Source: an uncultured Candidatus Micrarchaeota archaeon
Lineage (GTDB): Archaea > Micrarchaeota > Micrarchaeia > Burarchaeales > Fermentimicrarchaeaceae
Assembly (NCBI GenBank): GCA_963760615.1
Contig: CAVXDX010000013.1
Location: 19,826-83,825 of the forward strand
Length of the DNA stretch: 64,000 nt
Reading direction: 5' to 3'
Shown here: piece after piece, positions 8,718-17,566 of the stretch
Numbering within the stretch: position 1 is the stretch's first letter
How the letters are laid out: each line of letters opens with the position of its first letter
Made by a program: the position numbers and the translations under genes
Notes under the pieces: generated by a model
The model's input: the letters and a program-made list of their open reading frames with translations, nothing else
Told to the model about the DNA's origin: nothing
Databases searched by the model: none

Positions 8718-9587
8718 TCAATCCACCTGCGGCCTCCTGCTCTTTACAAAGCTTATGAAGAAAAGCTGGAATACCAGGAGGAATAGGAAGACTGCTGGAA
8801 AGACTGTTATAGGTACGAGCACATTCATGAACGACATTATTATTATCATCATAGTTATCCCAAGTGAAGGCAGCACAACAGCAAGCACCATGTATATCAT
8901 CACCCATGGGTTGAGCTCCTGCCCGTACCTCTGTATCTCAGCTACCCTCTCGTTTGTGAGTTCGTTTATCATCTCCTCAATGGCGCTCCCCACATCGGAG
9001 CCAACCTTCAGTGCGTTGGATATCTGCCATAGCACTCTTCGGAAACGGAATGAGGGGTTCCTCTTGCTCGCCTCACTGAGCACATCAGCCTGTGCCACTC
9101 CCGCGTTCATCTGCTCAACCATCTTGGCGAACTCCCTTGAAACTGGCCCGTACCCAGTGCTGACGCTTGTCATTGCCTGGAAGAGCGGCACTCCTGACTT
9201 GATGTTTATCAGGAGCTGCCTCAGGGCCGGTATGAGGTTGGCTTCAAGCTTCCTTGTTCTTCTTCTCGCCACCACTGCGGGGTAGAATAGTATCGTTAGG
9301 AATGAGGCAACCCAGACAAGAAGACCGGCGAAAACCCCAAGCAGCACTATCTGTCTTTTAGTGGCAAAACCTGCAACTATTACAAGCACTGCTATGAAAA
9401 TAAAGTTGAAAGTCGCTGAGATGAATGATACGGCAGCATACCTTCTTGGGGGCATGTCCACATCTGCCTGCATGAGCTCCAGCCTCAGGTTCGGAAGCAG
9501 TGACGATATGAACTCCCCTAGCCCCTCCGCATGCTTTGAGAGGCTCAGCAGCGCATTTGGCGGAAGAAGGCTCAGCGGTATCCTCAT
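8718..9587 (-). CDS. type II/IV secretion system F-family (TadB/PilC-like) membrane platform protein
   Basis: LIPALRQLLINIKSGVPLFQAM, YGPVSREF; TM helices. Confidence 0.92.
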   Translation of the reverse strand: MRIPLSLLPPNALLSLSKHAEGLGEFISSLLPNLRLELMQADVDMPPRRYAAVSFISATFNFIFIAVLVIVAGFATKRQIVLLGVFAGLLVWVASFLTILFYPAVVARRRTRKLEANLIPALRQLLINIKSGVPLFQAMTSVSTGYGPVSREFAKMVEQMNAGVAQADVLSEASKRNPSFRFRRVLWQISNALKVGSDVGSAIEEMINELTNERVAEIQRYGQELNPWVMIYMVLAVVLPSLGITMMIIIMSFMNVLVPITVFPAVFLFLLVFQLFFISFVKSRRPQVD

Positions 9588-11098
9588 CCGACCACTCCTA
9601 TTTTTATAACCTTCGACGGCTCTGTATTCTTCTTAACCATGTCCATCAGCCTTTCCTTGTCCCTGTAAAAGGCAGCAACAACCCTGCCAACGTCATTTAC
9701 ATCGTATATCTTGTTCTTGAGCATATAGTTGAGCACCTTTTTCCTCTCATCCAAATCTGCATTTATCTCCTTGTTGTTCATCCCTGCGAAAAGGCTGAGC
9801 TCGTCCATTATTCTGACATAATCGCCAACTTTTTCAATGGTGTCAGTCCTCGCATTCCATGCAAATATCCTGTTGATGAACGTTTTGTTCTCCTGCGGAA
9901 CAACCTCTGCAACCTCAAAAGTCCTCCTTATGCCTGTTCTTCTCTGCCTGTACTGCACAACAATGAGGTGCAGCGCACCAAGCATGCTCTCCGGCAGGCA
10001 TATAGGCGGGGTTGTCAGTCTGTTCTTTGTCTGTCTGGCATCATCCGCATGGATGGTTGCGTAAACTGCATGGCCCGTGTGCATGGCCTCAAACAAAACT
10101 TCAGCCTCGTTCTGCCTCCTCATCTCTCCCAGGACAATTCTGTCAGGCCTCATTCTCAGGGAGTTCACCATAAGGTCAAGCATTGTAACCTCTCCCTTCC
10201 CCTCGGGGTTTGGCAGTCTTGTTGTCAAGGGAGTCCAGTGCAGGAACTCGGGGAGGTACAGCTCCCTTGTGTCCTCTATGGATATCACTCTCTGGTTGGG
10301 AGGGGTGAAAACAAGTATTGCATTCAGGAATGAAGTCTTGCCGCTTGCAGTGCCTCCGCTTATCAGAGTGTTCATCTCATACTGCACACACATCCAGAGC
10401 AGGGCTGCCACATCTATATTCAGCGTTTTTAACGACGGGTCCAGCATGTGGATGATGGTCCACGGGTTCTTTGCAAACTTTCTTATTGTTATGCAGTTTC
10501 CTTTCGTGGATATGGGGAACACTACTGCGTTAACCCTGTCCCCAGTACCAAGATGCGCATCCATGAGCGGGTTGAGGTTGGTTATCTGCCTGCCGACCCT
10601 CCTTGCTATTATTGATGCATAGTTGGCTATCTGCTCCTCGCTCTTCATGGCGAGGTTTGTCTTGAGCCAGCCGAACCTCTTGTGGTACACCCACACAGGC
10701 TCTTTTGATGAGTTTACAACAATCTCCTCAAGCTCATTGTCCGCGAGCAGCAGCTCCAGCTCCCCAAGCCCGAGCATATCCTGTATGAGCTTCCCTATCA
10801 GCACCTCCTTATCCTTGGGACTCGCGTCCGTTATCTCCTTATCCACAAACTCCTGCGCCTTCTCCTTGAATTTTTTCTTTATGTTCTCAACTTCATTGGG
10901 GTCAAGGATTTCCGAAACCTTTATCTCCACATTGCCAATCACCATCTCCTTCAGATGCTGGAGCATGAGCTCGGTTGCTTTGCTGACCTTTATCTGCTTG
11001 ATCTCATAGGTATTGACATACTCATCAAAACTCTCGCTTATTGTCACCTCAGCAGGAACCTTCTCGCTTGTTACCGTATACTTATCCAGAATTTTCAT
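9584..11098 (-). CDS. VirB11/CpaF/TadA-like pilus assembly ATPase
   Basis: Walker A GGTASGKT, SIEDTRE Asp box, LRMRPDRIVLGE Walker B, MHTGH His box. Confidence 0.96.
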   Translation of the reverse strand: MKILDKYTVTSEKVPAEVTISESFDEYVNTYEIKQIKVSKATELMLQHLKEMVIGNVEIKVSEILDPNEVENIKKKFKEKAQEFVDKEITDASPKDKEVLIGKLIQDMLGLGELELLLADNELEEIVVNSSKEPVWVYHKRFGWLKTNLAMKSEEQIANYASIIARRVGRQITNLNPLMDAHLGTGDRVNAVVFPISTKGNCITIRKFAKNPWTIIHMLDPSLKTLNIDVAALLWMCVQYEMNTLISGGTASGKTSFLNAILVFTPPNQRVISIEDTRELYLPEFLHWTPLTTRLPNPEGKGEVTMLDLMVNSLRMRPDRIVLGEMRRQNEAEVLFEAMHTGHAVYATIHADDARQTKNRLTTPPICLPESMLGALHLIVVQYRQRRTGIRRTFEVAEVVPQENKTFINRIFAWNARTDTIEKVGDYVRIMDELSLFAGMNNKEINADLDERKKVLNYMLKNKIYDVNDVGRVVAAFYRDKERLMDMVKKNTEPSKVIKIGVVG

Positions 11099-11099
11099 A

Positions 11100-11840
11100 T
11101 TACCCCCTCTTGAACGTGTTTTTTAACCTAGTGAAAAACATGGATATGGGATGGTACCAAGGCTTGCGCGGGCCGAGCCTCTCCTGCTCCGCCTTAATTG
11201 TTTCAACCTCCAACTTCTTCACCTTTTCGTGGAATTTCTTGACGTTCTCCCTCAAGTCCTTGATATCCTTCCTGAAATGCTTCGTGACAACCCTCAGTTC
11301 CCTGGCTTCCCTGAGGAGGTATTCCATGTCTGCAATGGAAACATCGCGCACTTTTCCTTCCAGCTCATTCACTATGCTCTCATCCTTGTCCAATCTTTTT
11401 CTTATATTCTGCTCAACAAATTCGAAACTCTTATGCGAGTCCCTCAAATCCTTATCCAGAGCAACCATCATGCTCGCCATCTGGCTTCGCTCCTTTTTCT
11501 CCTCCACCTTCGCCTTCTCTTTCGGGAGCTCTTTTGCAATGAGGAATGTCCCCAGCAGGGTGTAGTTAACGTCCATCATTCCGCTCTCTTTCAGAACCTC
11601 GGCCAGCTCTTCAACCTGGTCCTTCTCAAGAGCCATAGCATTTGCAGCTTCCTTCACATCGACCTTGCCCTTCTTCTGCACGTACTCAACAAGCCTGTCT
11701 ATAACAGTCTCAACCCTCTCTGAAACCTCCTTTTCCTCGGCATTCTCTGGTATTTCTTTTAATTTTTTTTCAGCTGTTTTCTCCGGAACTCCTCTTACCC
11801 CAGCAGGCTCGGTTTTCTCCTTCAGCTTTTTCTCCGCCAT
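11100..11840 (-). CDS. hypothetical protein with wHTH-like segment and coiled coil, first gene of pilus operon
   Basis: IDRLVEYVQKKGKVDVKEAANAMALEKDQVEELAEVLKESG is wHTH-like; long heptad-rich C-terminal half; start probably MAEKK at 11840. Confidence 0.7.
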   Translation of the reverse strand: MAEKKLKEKTEPAGVRGVPEKTAEKKLKEIPENAEEKEVSERVETVIDRLVEYVQKKGKVDVKEAANAMALEKDQVEELAEVLKESGMMDVNYTLLGTFLIAKELPKEKAKVEEKKERSQMASMMVALDKDLRDSHKSFEFVEQNIRKRLDKDESIVNELEGKVRDVSIADMEYLLREARELRVVTKHFRKDIKDLRENVKKFHEKVKKLEVETIKAEQERLGPRKPWYHPISMFFTRLKNTFKRG

Positions 11841-11949
11841 AAACATCACATTACAATGCTTCTTTGGCATATCTGCTTTATATCTCTAACTTTGCTAAAG
11901 CTGGCATAAAAAAGCATCGGTTTCTGCGAGTATACCGCTAAAGTCCATA

Positions 11950-12381
11950 TCAGCACCCAACAATGCTTCTGTTGTTTATGACAACCCTATCCTGCGTGTT
12001 ATTTATGTAAAAATCCCCGCCGCATAGGCTGAAAGGGGCTAGCTGGCTCCTGAAGCTTATGTTCGTCACTGCTATCCCGTATATGCAGCTATGTCCGTTG
12101 TAATCCACCATTACGCTGCCATTTGTTATGCTCAGGTTGTAGCTCGAGCCATCTATTGTCGCAGGAAGGCTGAACTCGGCATAATATCCTTTGGCATACA
12201 TCGCAGTGTTTATGAGGTTGGATATCTGCCAGCATATCTTTTCAGATTCCAGCTTTGACTTGACATTGGACTCCTCGGTCTGCTTGCTTCCAGAGTATAT
12301 CGTTAAAACTATCAGAATGGTAATCAAAAAAATTACGCAGATTATAAACTCAATTCCCGCCTGCGCTCTCCCAGCCCTCAT
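11950..12381 (-). CDS. type IV pilin-like protein
   Basis: Class III signal RA/QAGIEF plus hydrophobic helix. Confidence 0.85.
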   Translation of the reverse strand: MRAGRAQAGIEFIICVIFLITILIVLTIYSGSKQTEESNVKSKLESEKICWQISNLINTAMYAKGYYAEFSLPATIDGSSYNLSITNGSVMVDYNGHSCIYGIAVTNISFRSQLAPFSLCGGDFYINNTQDRVVINNRSIVGC

Positions 12382-12797
12382 GAAGTGGCCTCCATTATAG
12401 TGACATAACCACTTTCGTTCATCCCGACAACTAGAACATGCCTGCCCGGCACAGTCGGCATTGTGCCAGTGAGGTTCCCTCGTGCAATTGCATACACATC
12501 AGTAGTATCGCCAGTTGGCAGGTTCAGGTTTATGTCTACCTCATGATTGGTGAAGCTGGCATAGTTTATTCCCGCAGGCAGATACACCTCTACAGTGGTT
12601 ATCGTGCCGGCTCCCTGGGCATAAACTCTATCCGCGGTGTCTGCTATGGAATCAACCGCCACTCTTGCCTGTGAGGTCTGGCCCTGTATCTGTATATCCA
12701 TTATCCCTATGTACATGACGGGAATGAGTATGATGAGAAATAGCACAAGGATTGCCATGTACTCAATCCCAACCTGCCCCCTCTGATTTTTTAGCAT
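12378..12797 (-). CDS. type IV pilin-like protein
   Basis: Class III signal RG/QVGIEY plus hydrophobic helix; start MLKNQRG at 12797. Confidence 0.85.
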   Translation of the reverse strand: MLKNQRGQVGIEYMAILVLFLIILIPVMYIGIMDIQIQGQTSQARVAVDSIADTADRVYAQGAGTITTVEVYLPAGINYASFTNHEVDINLNLPTGDTTDVYAIARGNLTGTMPTVPGRHVLVVGMNESGYVTIMEATS

Positions 12798-12896
12798 AAA
12801 TATAGATAAACTGCCCACCACTTAAAAATATATCTGAATGCAGCTCTAACCATGACTGCCAAAAAGTAAAATAAGTCGAACCGGTATCCAGCCAGT

Positions 12897-13163
12897 TCAC
12901 TCGCTCAGAAGATAAACTGCATCTCCTTCCTTTACCCTGGAATCAACCTTGAGGCCTATTGATTGACCTCGGCCTGCCCTGGCAACAGTTTCCTTGTTTA
13001 TCTGCATGGATTCCACGAGCTGTTCTACAACTCCTCCAGGTCCCTCTATCGATATCCTGTCCCCGTCTCTCAGCTCGTCGTCCAGGTCAACTACAGCTAC
13101 GTTTATCTTGCTGAAGAAATGCATAATCTTTCCCACGAGTTTCTTTCCCATAAAGTCCACCAT
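12897..13163 (-). CDS. small EF-Tu domain II-like beta-barrel protein (translation elongation factor-like)
   Basis: VGKIMHFFSKINVAVV...GDRISIEG...VESMQI...GQSIGLKV...EGDAVY pattern. Confidence 0.8.
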   Translation of the reverse strand: MVDFMGKKLVGKIMHFFSKINVAVVDLDDELRDGDRISIEGPGGVVEQLVESMQINKETVARAGRGQSIGLKVDSRVKEGDAVYLLSE

Positions 13164-13259
13164 TTATCAATTAGCCCAATCCAGTATAAAAACATTCCCA
13201 TGAAGGGGCAACAGCAAAGTTTAAATTCTCGAAGGCATAAAAGACTTAAGGGTGGTTGA

Positions 13260-13700
13260 ATGTTCTGGGTACTCTGGCTAAGTCTGGTTATGATATTCAT
13301 ATCCTCCATTATGGGGGTATACTCTTGGAATGGAATACTGCTTGAGCTCGTCAAGATAAAAACTGCAAAGAAACTGTGGCTGCTATCCGCGGTTTTGGTT
13401 TTAATCGGCTTGCTCCTCTTCATCTGGAGCATAGCGACTATTGCGAATACTCCTGCCCTTATAAGTAAATTTTCAAACTTCTACCAAACCTCCCCGCCGG
13501 TTTGGGTTTGGACCGCAGTCTTCCTTCTCCTACTCGGCGGGTTCATAATAGGAGTACCGACTCAGCTCTATCAGCTCAAGCTCGCAAAGCTATCGAGAGA
13601 TATGAGGAAGAATCTATTCTACCTCGGTATGCTGCTCCTGGTGCTGAGTATTCTAATCCTGATATGGCTCCTAGTGCCAGGGAACCAGCTGCCGGCCTGA
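13260..13700 (+). CDS. hypothetical 4-TM membrane protein
   Basis: Four hydrophobic segments; TATA-like TTTAAA and GGGTGG SD upstream. Confidence 0.75.
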   Translation: MFWVLWLSLVMIFISSIMGVYSWNGILLELVKIKTAKKLWLLSAVLVLIGLLLFIWSIATIANTPALISKFSNFYQTSPPVWVWTAVFLLLLGGFIIGVPTQLYQLKLAKLSRDMRKNLFYLGMLLLVLSILILIWLLVPGNQLPA

Positions 13701-13702
13701 TT

Positions 13703-14107
13703 CTACATTTTATTTTTCAGCTCCCTCAATGCTTCGTATAGCTCAAGGGAGGTTATAACCTCACCGTCAGAAGGTTTAAATCTGTCCAAATCTACAAGCA
13801 GATGTTTGCCAAGCGGTTTTATCACGGCGCTGTTCACTCCTTCCATCACTCTCTTCTCCTTCCTTCCGATTGCCTTAATCTTCCTTTCGATATCTTTTGC
13901 AGGATTCTTTTTCCCAGCGCAGACGTACTTCCATACTCCGCTTTTCCCCCCGCTCCTGTACCAGTATTCTCCTGAGCCAACCTTCTTCTTGTGGAATCTT
14001 GATGCTTCCTTCTCCAGCATCTTCCTCTCAGCCTCCAGTACCGAAACCAGTCTACCCAGCTCTGCTCTCAGCTTCTCATTTCCATTGATCCATATAGCTA
14101 GGTCCAC
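13703..14107 (-). CDS. hypothetical basic protein
   Basis: 134-aa Lys-rich ORF with GEYWY...WKYVCAG beta-hairpin. Confidence 0.7.
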   Translation of the reverse strand: MDLAIWINGNEKLRAELGRLVSVLEAERKMLEKEASRFHKKKVGSGEYWYRSGGKSGVWKYVCAGKKNPAKDIERKIKAIGRKEKRVMEGVNSAVIKPLGKHLLVDLDRFKPSDGEVITSLELYEALRELKNKM

Positions 14108-14170
14108 TAGTCATACTTATCCATTATTATTTATATACTTAACTATAATGGATATCTCTCACTTCTAGAA

Positions 14171-14776
14171 TCAGATTTGATAGTTGTTATCGCAGATTGT
14201 TCTTATCAGATTCCCCAGCGCTTCATCCTTCTCCATTATTATTGCCATGTATATGTGGAAAGACCTAGCCCTTATGCTCAAATCGTGAAGGAATTTACCA
14301 AGTGATGTGGGGTCGTTGTACAGTCCGAGTGATGCCAGTCCGTCAACTAAGAGGAAGTTTTTGCCTCCCTTTGAAGCAGTAATCAATCTCTTCGCAACTT
14401 CGTATATCTCTATCTGCAGGAAGCTCAGGTCCGAGATATCCCTCACGAACCAAACATTCCTCTCAGGCTTGTCCGTATCAAGGAAGAAAGCCTCAGAAGG
14501 AGTGTGGAGGAGCGGGCTGCATGCATCAACGTAGTACAGCTCATCCGGGTTCATACCGTTTGCGCTCAACAGTTTTGCATAGTACGTGTGCGGTCTGTTT
14601 ATGCAGGTTATTATCCCCTTCATTCCCTTGTCCTGTATGAAGAATTTGAAGAGCGCAAGGTCGAGCTTTGGCAGGTCAGCCTGAGTGGTTATGGAAACAG
14701 TCTCCTCTAGCTCGCTCTTCATGAGCTTCTCCTTCAGGATGTTGTACAGCTCCTCTGTCTCCGCCATTGTTACCAC
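14171..14776 (-). CDS. KaiC/RecA-like inactive ATPase-fold protein (DUF835/DUF7504-like)
   Basis: KGIITCINRP, YYVDACS, FLLVDGLASLGLYND; no Walker A GKT. Confidence 0.65.
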   Translation of the reverse strand: MVTMAETEELYNILKEKLMKSELEETVSITTQADLPKLDLALFKFFIQDKGMKGIITCINRPHTYYAKLLSANGMNPDELYYVDACSPLLHTPSEAFFLDTDKPERNVWFVRDISDLSFLQIEIYEVAKRLITASKGGKNFLLVDGLASLGLYNDPTSLGKFLHDLSIRARSFHIYMAIIMEKDEALGNLIRTICDNNYQI

Positions 14777-14777
14777 A

Positions 14778-15488
14778 TCACCTGCTCCTCACGCTGTAGT
14801 ATGTTAATGAAGTTATAAATATCGTCGAGAAACTTCCAAGGCTAGGTATCTCAAATCCGATTGGGAAAAGACCCAGCGGCACAAGGAATTCAGTTATGAA
14901 AGTGACTATGGCAGTTATAGACGCGCCAATCAACAGGTACCGTATCCTCTTTTTCACCATCTCATTATCGCATGTTCTGTAGAAGCTTATCAAGCGGTAT
15001 ATCACATAGGAGGTGAAGACCACAAGGTAAACCGTGAAGTAAACATAAGCGTTGTAGATGCTTGCCGGCATAGCTGGCGTCATGTAAACATCAAAGCCAT
15101 TCCTTATTTCCACTGGTCTGTTAACAAGCAGTCCAGTCAAATCCAGAGCAATGAATATGAGAGAGCCAAGCACCATGATGGCAAGCTGTTTTTTTGAAGG
15201 GGTCTTGTTCTCAAGAGCCAATACAAATGCAAATGCAATTGCAGGTATACAGGGTGTTGCTATATTCGTGAACTTCAGCATGAGCATTGCAGAGCTCTTT
15301 GTTTGGGTGAGCCTCATTCCGAAGTCCCCGATGCTCCACCAGCAGAAAGCCAGCATGAGAAGCGTGAATAGCCTGTTGACAAATATCCTCTTCCTTCGGA
15401 ATATGAACACCCCGAAGGAGAGATTGACTATGAATGCAAGGAGAGGCAGAGCTGCCAGCACTATCTGCCAATAGACTATCTCTGCCAT
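14778..15488 (-). CDS. HisKA_7TM-like membrane sensor domain without kinase domain
   Basis: Seven hydrophobic helices with pattern NRLFTLLMLAFCWWSIGDF...IPAIAFAFV; ends after last TM. Confidence 0.75.
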   Translation of the reverse strand: MAEIVYWQIVLAALPLLAFIVNLSFGVFIFRRKRIFVNRLFTLLMLAFCWWSIGDFGMRLTQTKSSAMLMLKFTNIATPCIPAIAFAFVLALENKTPSKKQLAIMVLGSLIFIALDLTGLLVNRPVEIRNGFDVYMTPAMPASIYNAYVYFTVYLVVFTSYVIYRLISFYRTCDNEMVKKRIRYLLIGASITAIVTFITEFLVPLGLFPIGFEIPSLGSFSTIFITSLTYYSVRSR

Positions 15489-15580
15489 ATAATCATTTTT
15501 AGTTTAATTAGCGCACTATTTATAGATTTCTGCTTGGAGCCATAGATATTTTTTTAAACCCCCCATTCCAAAAGCACATC

Positions 15581-16708
15581 ATGAGAAACTATCTCGTCGT
15601 AATCATCATTGCATCACTCATTCTGTTCGGATGCTACTCTACGCCCATTACAGGTGGGGAAGCACCAGTTATAACAACCTCAAAGAATTTCACAATGAAG
15701 GAAGGCTGGAAGGACAGCTTCAGGCTCGTCGAATCAAGTTCGACAACCACCCACACAATACTCGTGAGCAAGGTGGAGCCCAAGGCAGCAATGCTGAAAA
15801 TTGATTCGCTCTCTCTTCTCATGCAGCTGGGTGACGCTCGCTCCATCTCACTTGGGGAAAAAACAGTTGTGGTCACGCTGGATTCTATAGCAGATGGATA
15901 CGCGAGGTTCAGCATATCGCTGTCCCCGCAGGGACAACAGGGTGGAACACAGCAAGGCGGAACGCAGGGGCAGCAGAATGGAACGCAGCCAACTTTAAAG
16001 CAGAATGGTGCCACGTGCATTTCTAATGCCGAGTGCCAATCCAACCACTGCAGTAACAGCTACTGCTGTGCCTTAGGTTCATGTTGCCTATCAGACTCAA
16101 ACTGCTCTGCCGGAGGAAAGTGCAACACAACAACATATTCCTGCTTCTCTCTTGCTCTACATTATAATGGAGACTCTTGCAACTCCAACTCAGACTGTCA
16201 ATCCAACCACTGCAACAACGGCCACTGCTGCAACTCAGGCAAGTGCTGTCTCTCCAGCTCAAACTGCGCATCTGGAGAGATTTGCAATATAACTACTTCC
16301 TCATGCGTTTCAACCGGGCCAACTTACACTCCGCTTGATGCTGAGAGGAAGGCAAACTCAACATCGGCTGGTGCCCTGATTAGCAATTTCTCCGAAATAT
16401 TCAACACTGCAGCGCAGTGCTCGAGCGCCTCAGCTGCATACAAATTATGCATTCCCCAGGTAGTTACACAAGAGGACCAAAATTCGCCCTCGAACTTCAC
16501 TGTGACGTACTCCTACTCATTCAACGACGCATCCTGCTGCCCAACCCTGCCCATCCTTGCCATAAGTGTTGACCTTAGCACAAACTTGACTGGTGCGAAC
16601 TGGCTCGATACAACGCAAACTTCAAGTCTAGCCTATTCAATGCGCTCAGCCCTTAATTCTGACTGCGCGCAGGCAGTCCGGAATATGATAGCATGCAAGA
16701 TTTCATAG
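15581..16708 (+). CDS. secreted/lipoprotein, Cys-rich repeats
   Basis: Signal ending LFGC (lipobox-like), Q/G linker, two copies of C-x-SNxxCxSNHCxNxxCC..G.CC..SNC..G..CN.TT.SC. Confidence 0.85.
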   Translation: MRNYLVVIIIASLILFGCYSTPITGGEAPVITTSKNFTMKEGWKDSFRLVESSSTTTHTILVSKVEPKAAMLKIDSLSLLMQLGDARSISLGEKTVVVTLDSIADGYARFSISLSPQGQQGGTQQGGTQGQQNGTQPTLKQNGATCISNAECQSNHCSNSYCCALGSCCLSDSNCSAGGKCNTTTYSCFSLALHYNGDSCNSNSDCQSNHCNNGHCCNSGKCCLSSSNCASGEICNITTSSCVSTGPTYTPLDAERKANSTSAGALISNFSEIFNTAAQCSSASAAYKLCIPQVVTQEDQNSPSNFTVTYSYSFNDASCCPTLPILAISVDLSTNLTGANWLDTTQTSSLAYSMRSALNSDCAQAVRNMIACKIS

Positions 16709-16721
16709 CGCGCAAGCAGGC

Positions 16722-16868
16722 TCATATGCTTTTTATACCTGCATAAGCGTCATCCTTCTCTTCTTGCAACAGCCTCTCAACCCTCATTATCACCTTATCA
16801 TTCTTGAACTCAAATCCAAGGGAGAAGTGCTTGCCGTCAAATATCTCCGAAATATTTTTATATAACAT
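16722..16868 (-). CDS. putative 48-aa ORF (MLYKNISEIFDGKHFSLGFEFKNDKVIMRVERLLQEEKDDAYAGIKSI)
   Basis: Manual translation; ATG at 16868 with GGGG SD-like element; protein-like composition; below ORF-track cutoff. Confidence 0.5.
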   Translation of the reverse strand: MLYKNISEIFDGKHFSLGFEFKNDKVIMRVERLLQEEKDDAYAGIKSI

Positions 16869-16901
16869 ATCCCCAATCTCCATATTAATCAACTCCGTTT
16901 T

Positions 16902-16945
16902 GAGGAGCTCGGGTCATCGGCGATCAAACTGGTCCGAGCTTCCTC
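16902..16945. other. GC-rich stem-loop GAGGAGCTCGG...CCGAGCTTCCTC
   Basis: 11-bp stem with one bulged T in an AT-rich intergenic region. Confidence 0.6.
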
Positions 16946-16963
16946 CTATTTTTTACTTGAGCA

Positions 16964-17566
16964 TCACCTGTTAATTGAGTAATATCGTATATAGCTTGGT
17001 CCCTCACCTTGTGGATATGATTTCTCACTCATCACAACTGCCCCCTCTCTTTTCAATTGCTCGCAAGCTAAATGGATCTTATCATACCATTCCCGCCTAT
17101 CTTTTTTACTCATTACATTCAAGTCCATACCTGCAAAAATTCCGAGAATTGAGAGTTGCTTGTCAGACTGTGCCAGCACATCCAAAATCATTTTCCTGAG
17201 ATTCTTTGAAACATCAACACATCTTCCTCCATCTTCCCTACATATTACTTCGATTGGTATATTCACTCTGTCTTTTCTTTTCTCTATCTGCTTTGCTGTT
17301 GCAAGTCTTTTACAATCGAAAATAATTTTTGTAGGTTTTAGATGCAGTCCCTTTGTCATATTTTTAAAAGTCTGGCTCCCGAACCCGGAGTTTTCAACTT
17401 CAATGAATATCTTCTCTTCTCCTCTCTCCAAAACACAGTCAATAGAATCAGTTGTTTTGTCATCCACTTTAAATTCTTTTGTGCACTTGTAACCCAGTGC
17501 GATGCCTTTCTCGTACCAGTCCTGCACAATTGCTGTGTGCTCGTCGCTCATCAGTTTCAACTCCAT
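16964..17566 (-). CDS. putative PD-(D/E)xK-like nuclease with C-terminal wHTH-like domain
   Basis: GYKCTKEFKV...SIDCVLERGEEKIFIEVE resembles restriction-fold motifs I-III (E in place of K); C-terminal ILDVL...LACEQLKREG...YYSI is wHTH-like. Confidence 0.6.
   Translation of the reverse strand: MELKLMSDEHTAIVQDWYEKGIALGYKCTKEFKVDDKTTDSIDCVLERGEEKIFIEVENSGFGSQTFKNMTKGLHLKPTKIIFDCKRLATAKQIEKRKDRVNIPIEVICREDGGRCVDVSKNLRKMILDVLAQSDKQLSILGIFAGMDLNVMSKKDRREWYDKIHLACEQLKREGAVVMSEKSYPQGEGPSYIRYYSINR

Noticed and set aside
15920-16320. Short DNA repeats (CAGCAAGG/CAGGG, TCCAACCACTGCA) as a possible CRISPR or tandem array
   Set aside because: They encode the Q/G linker and duplicated Cys modules of the CDS; no constant repeat-spacer period.
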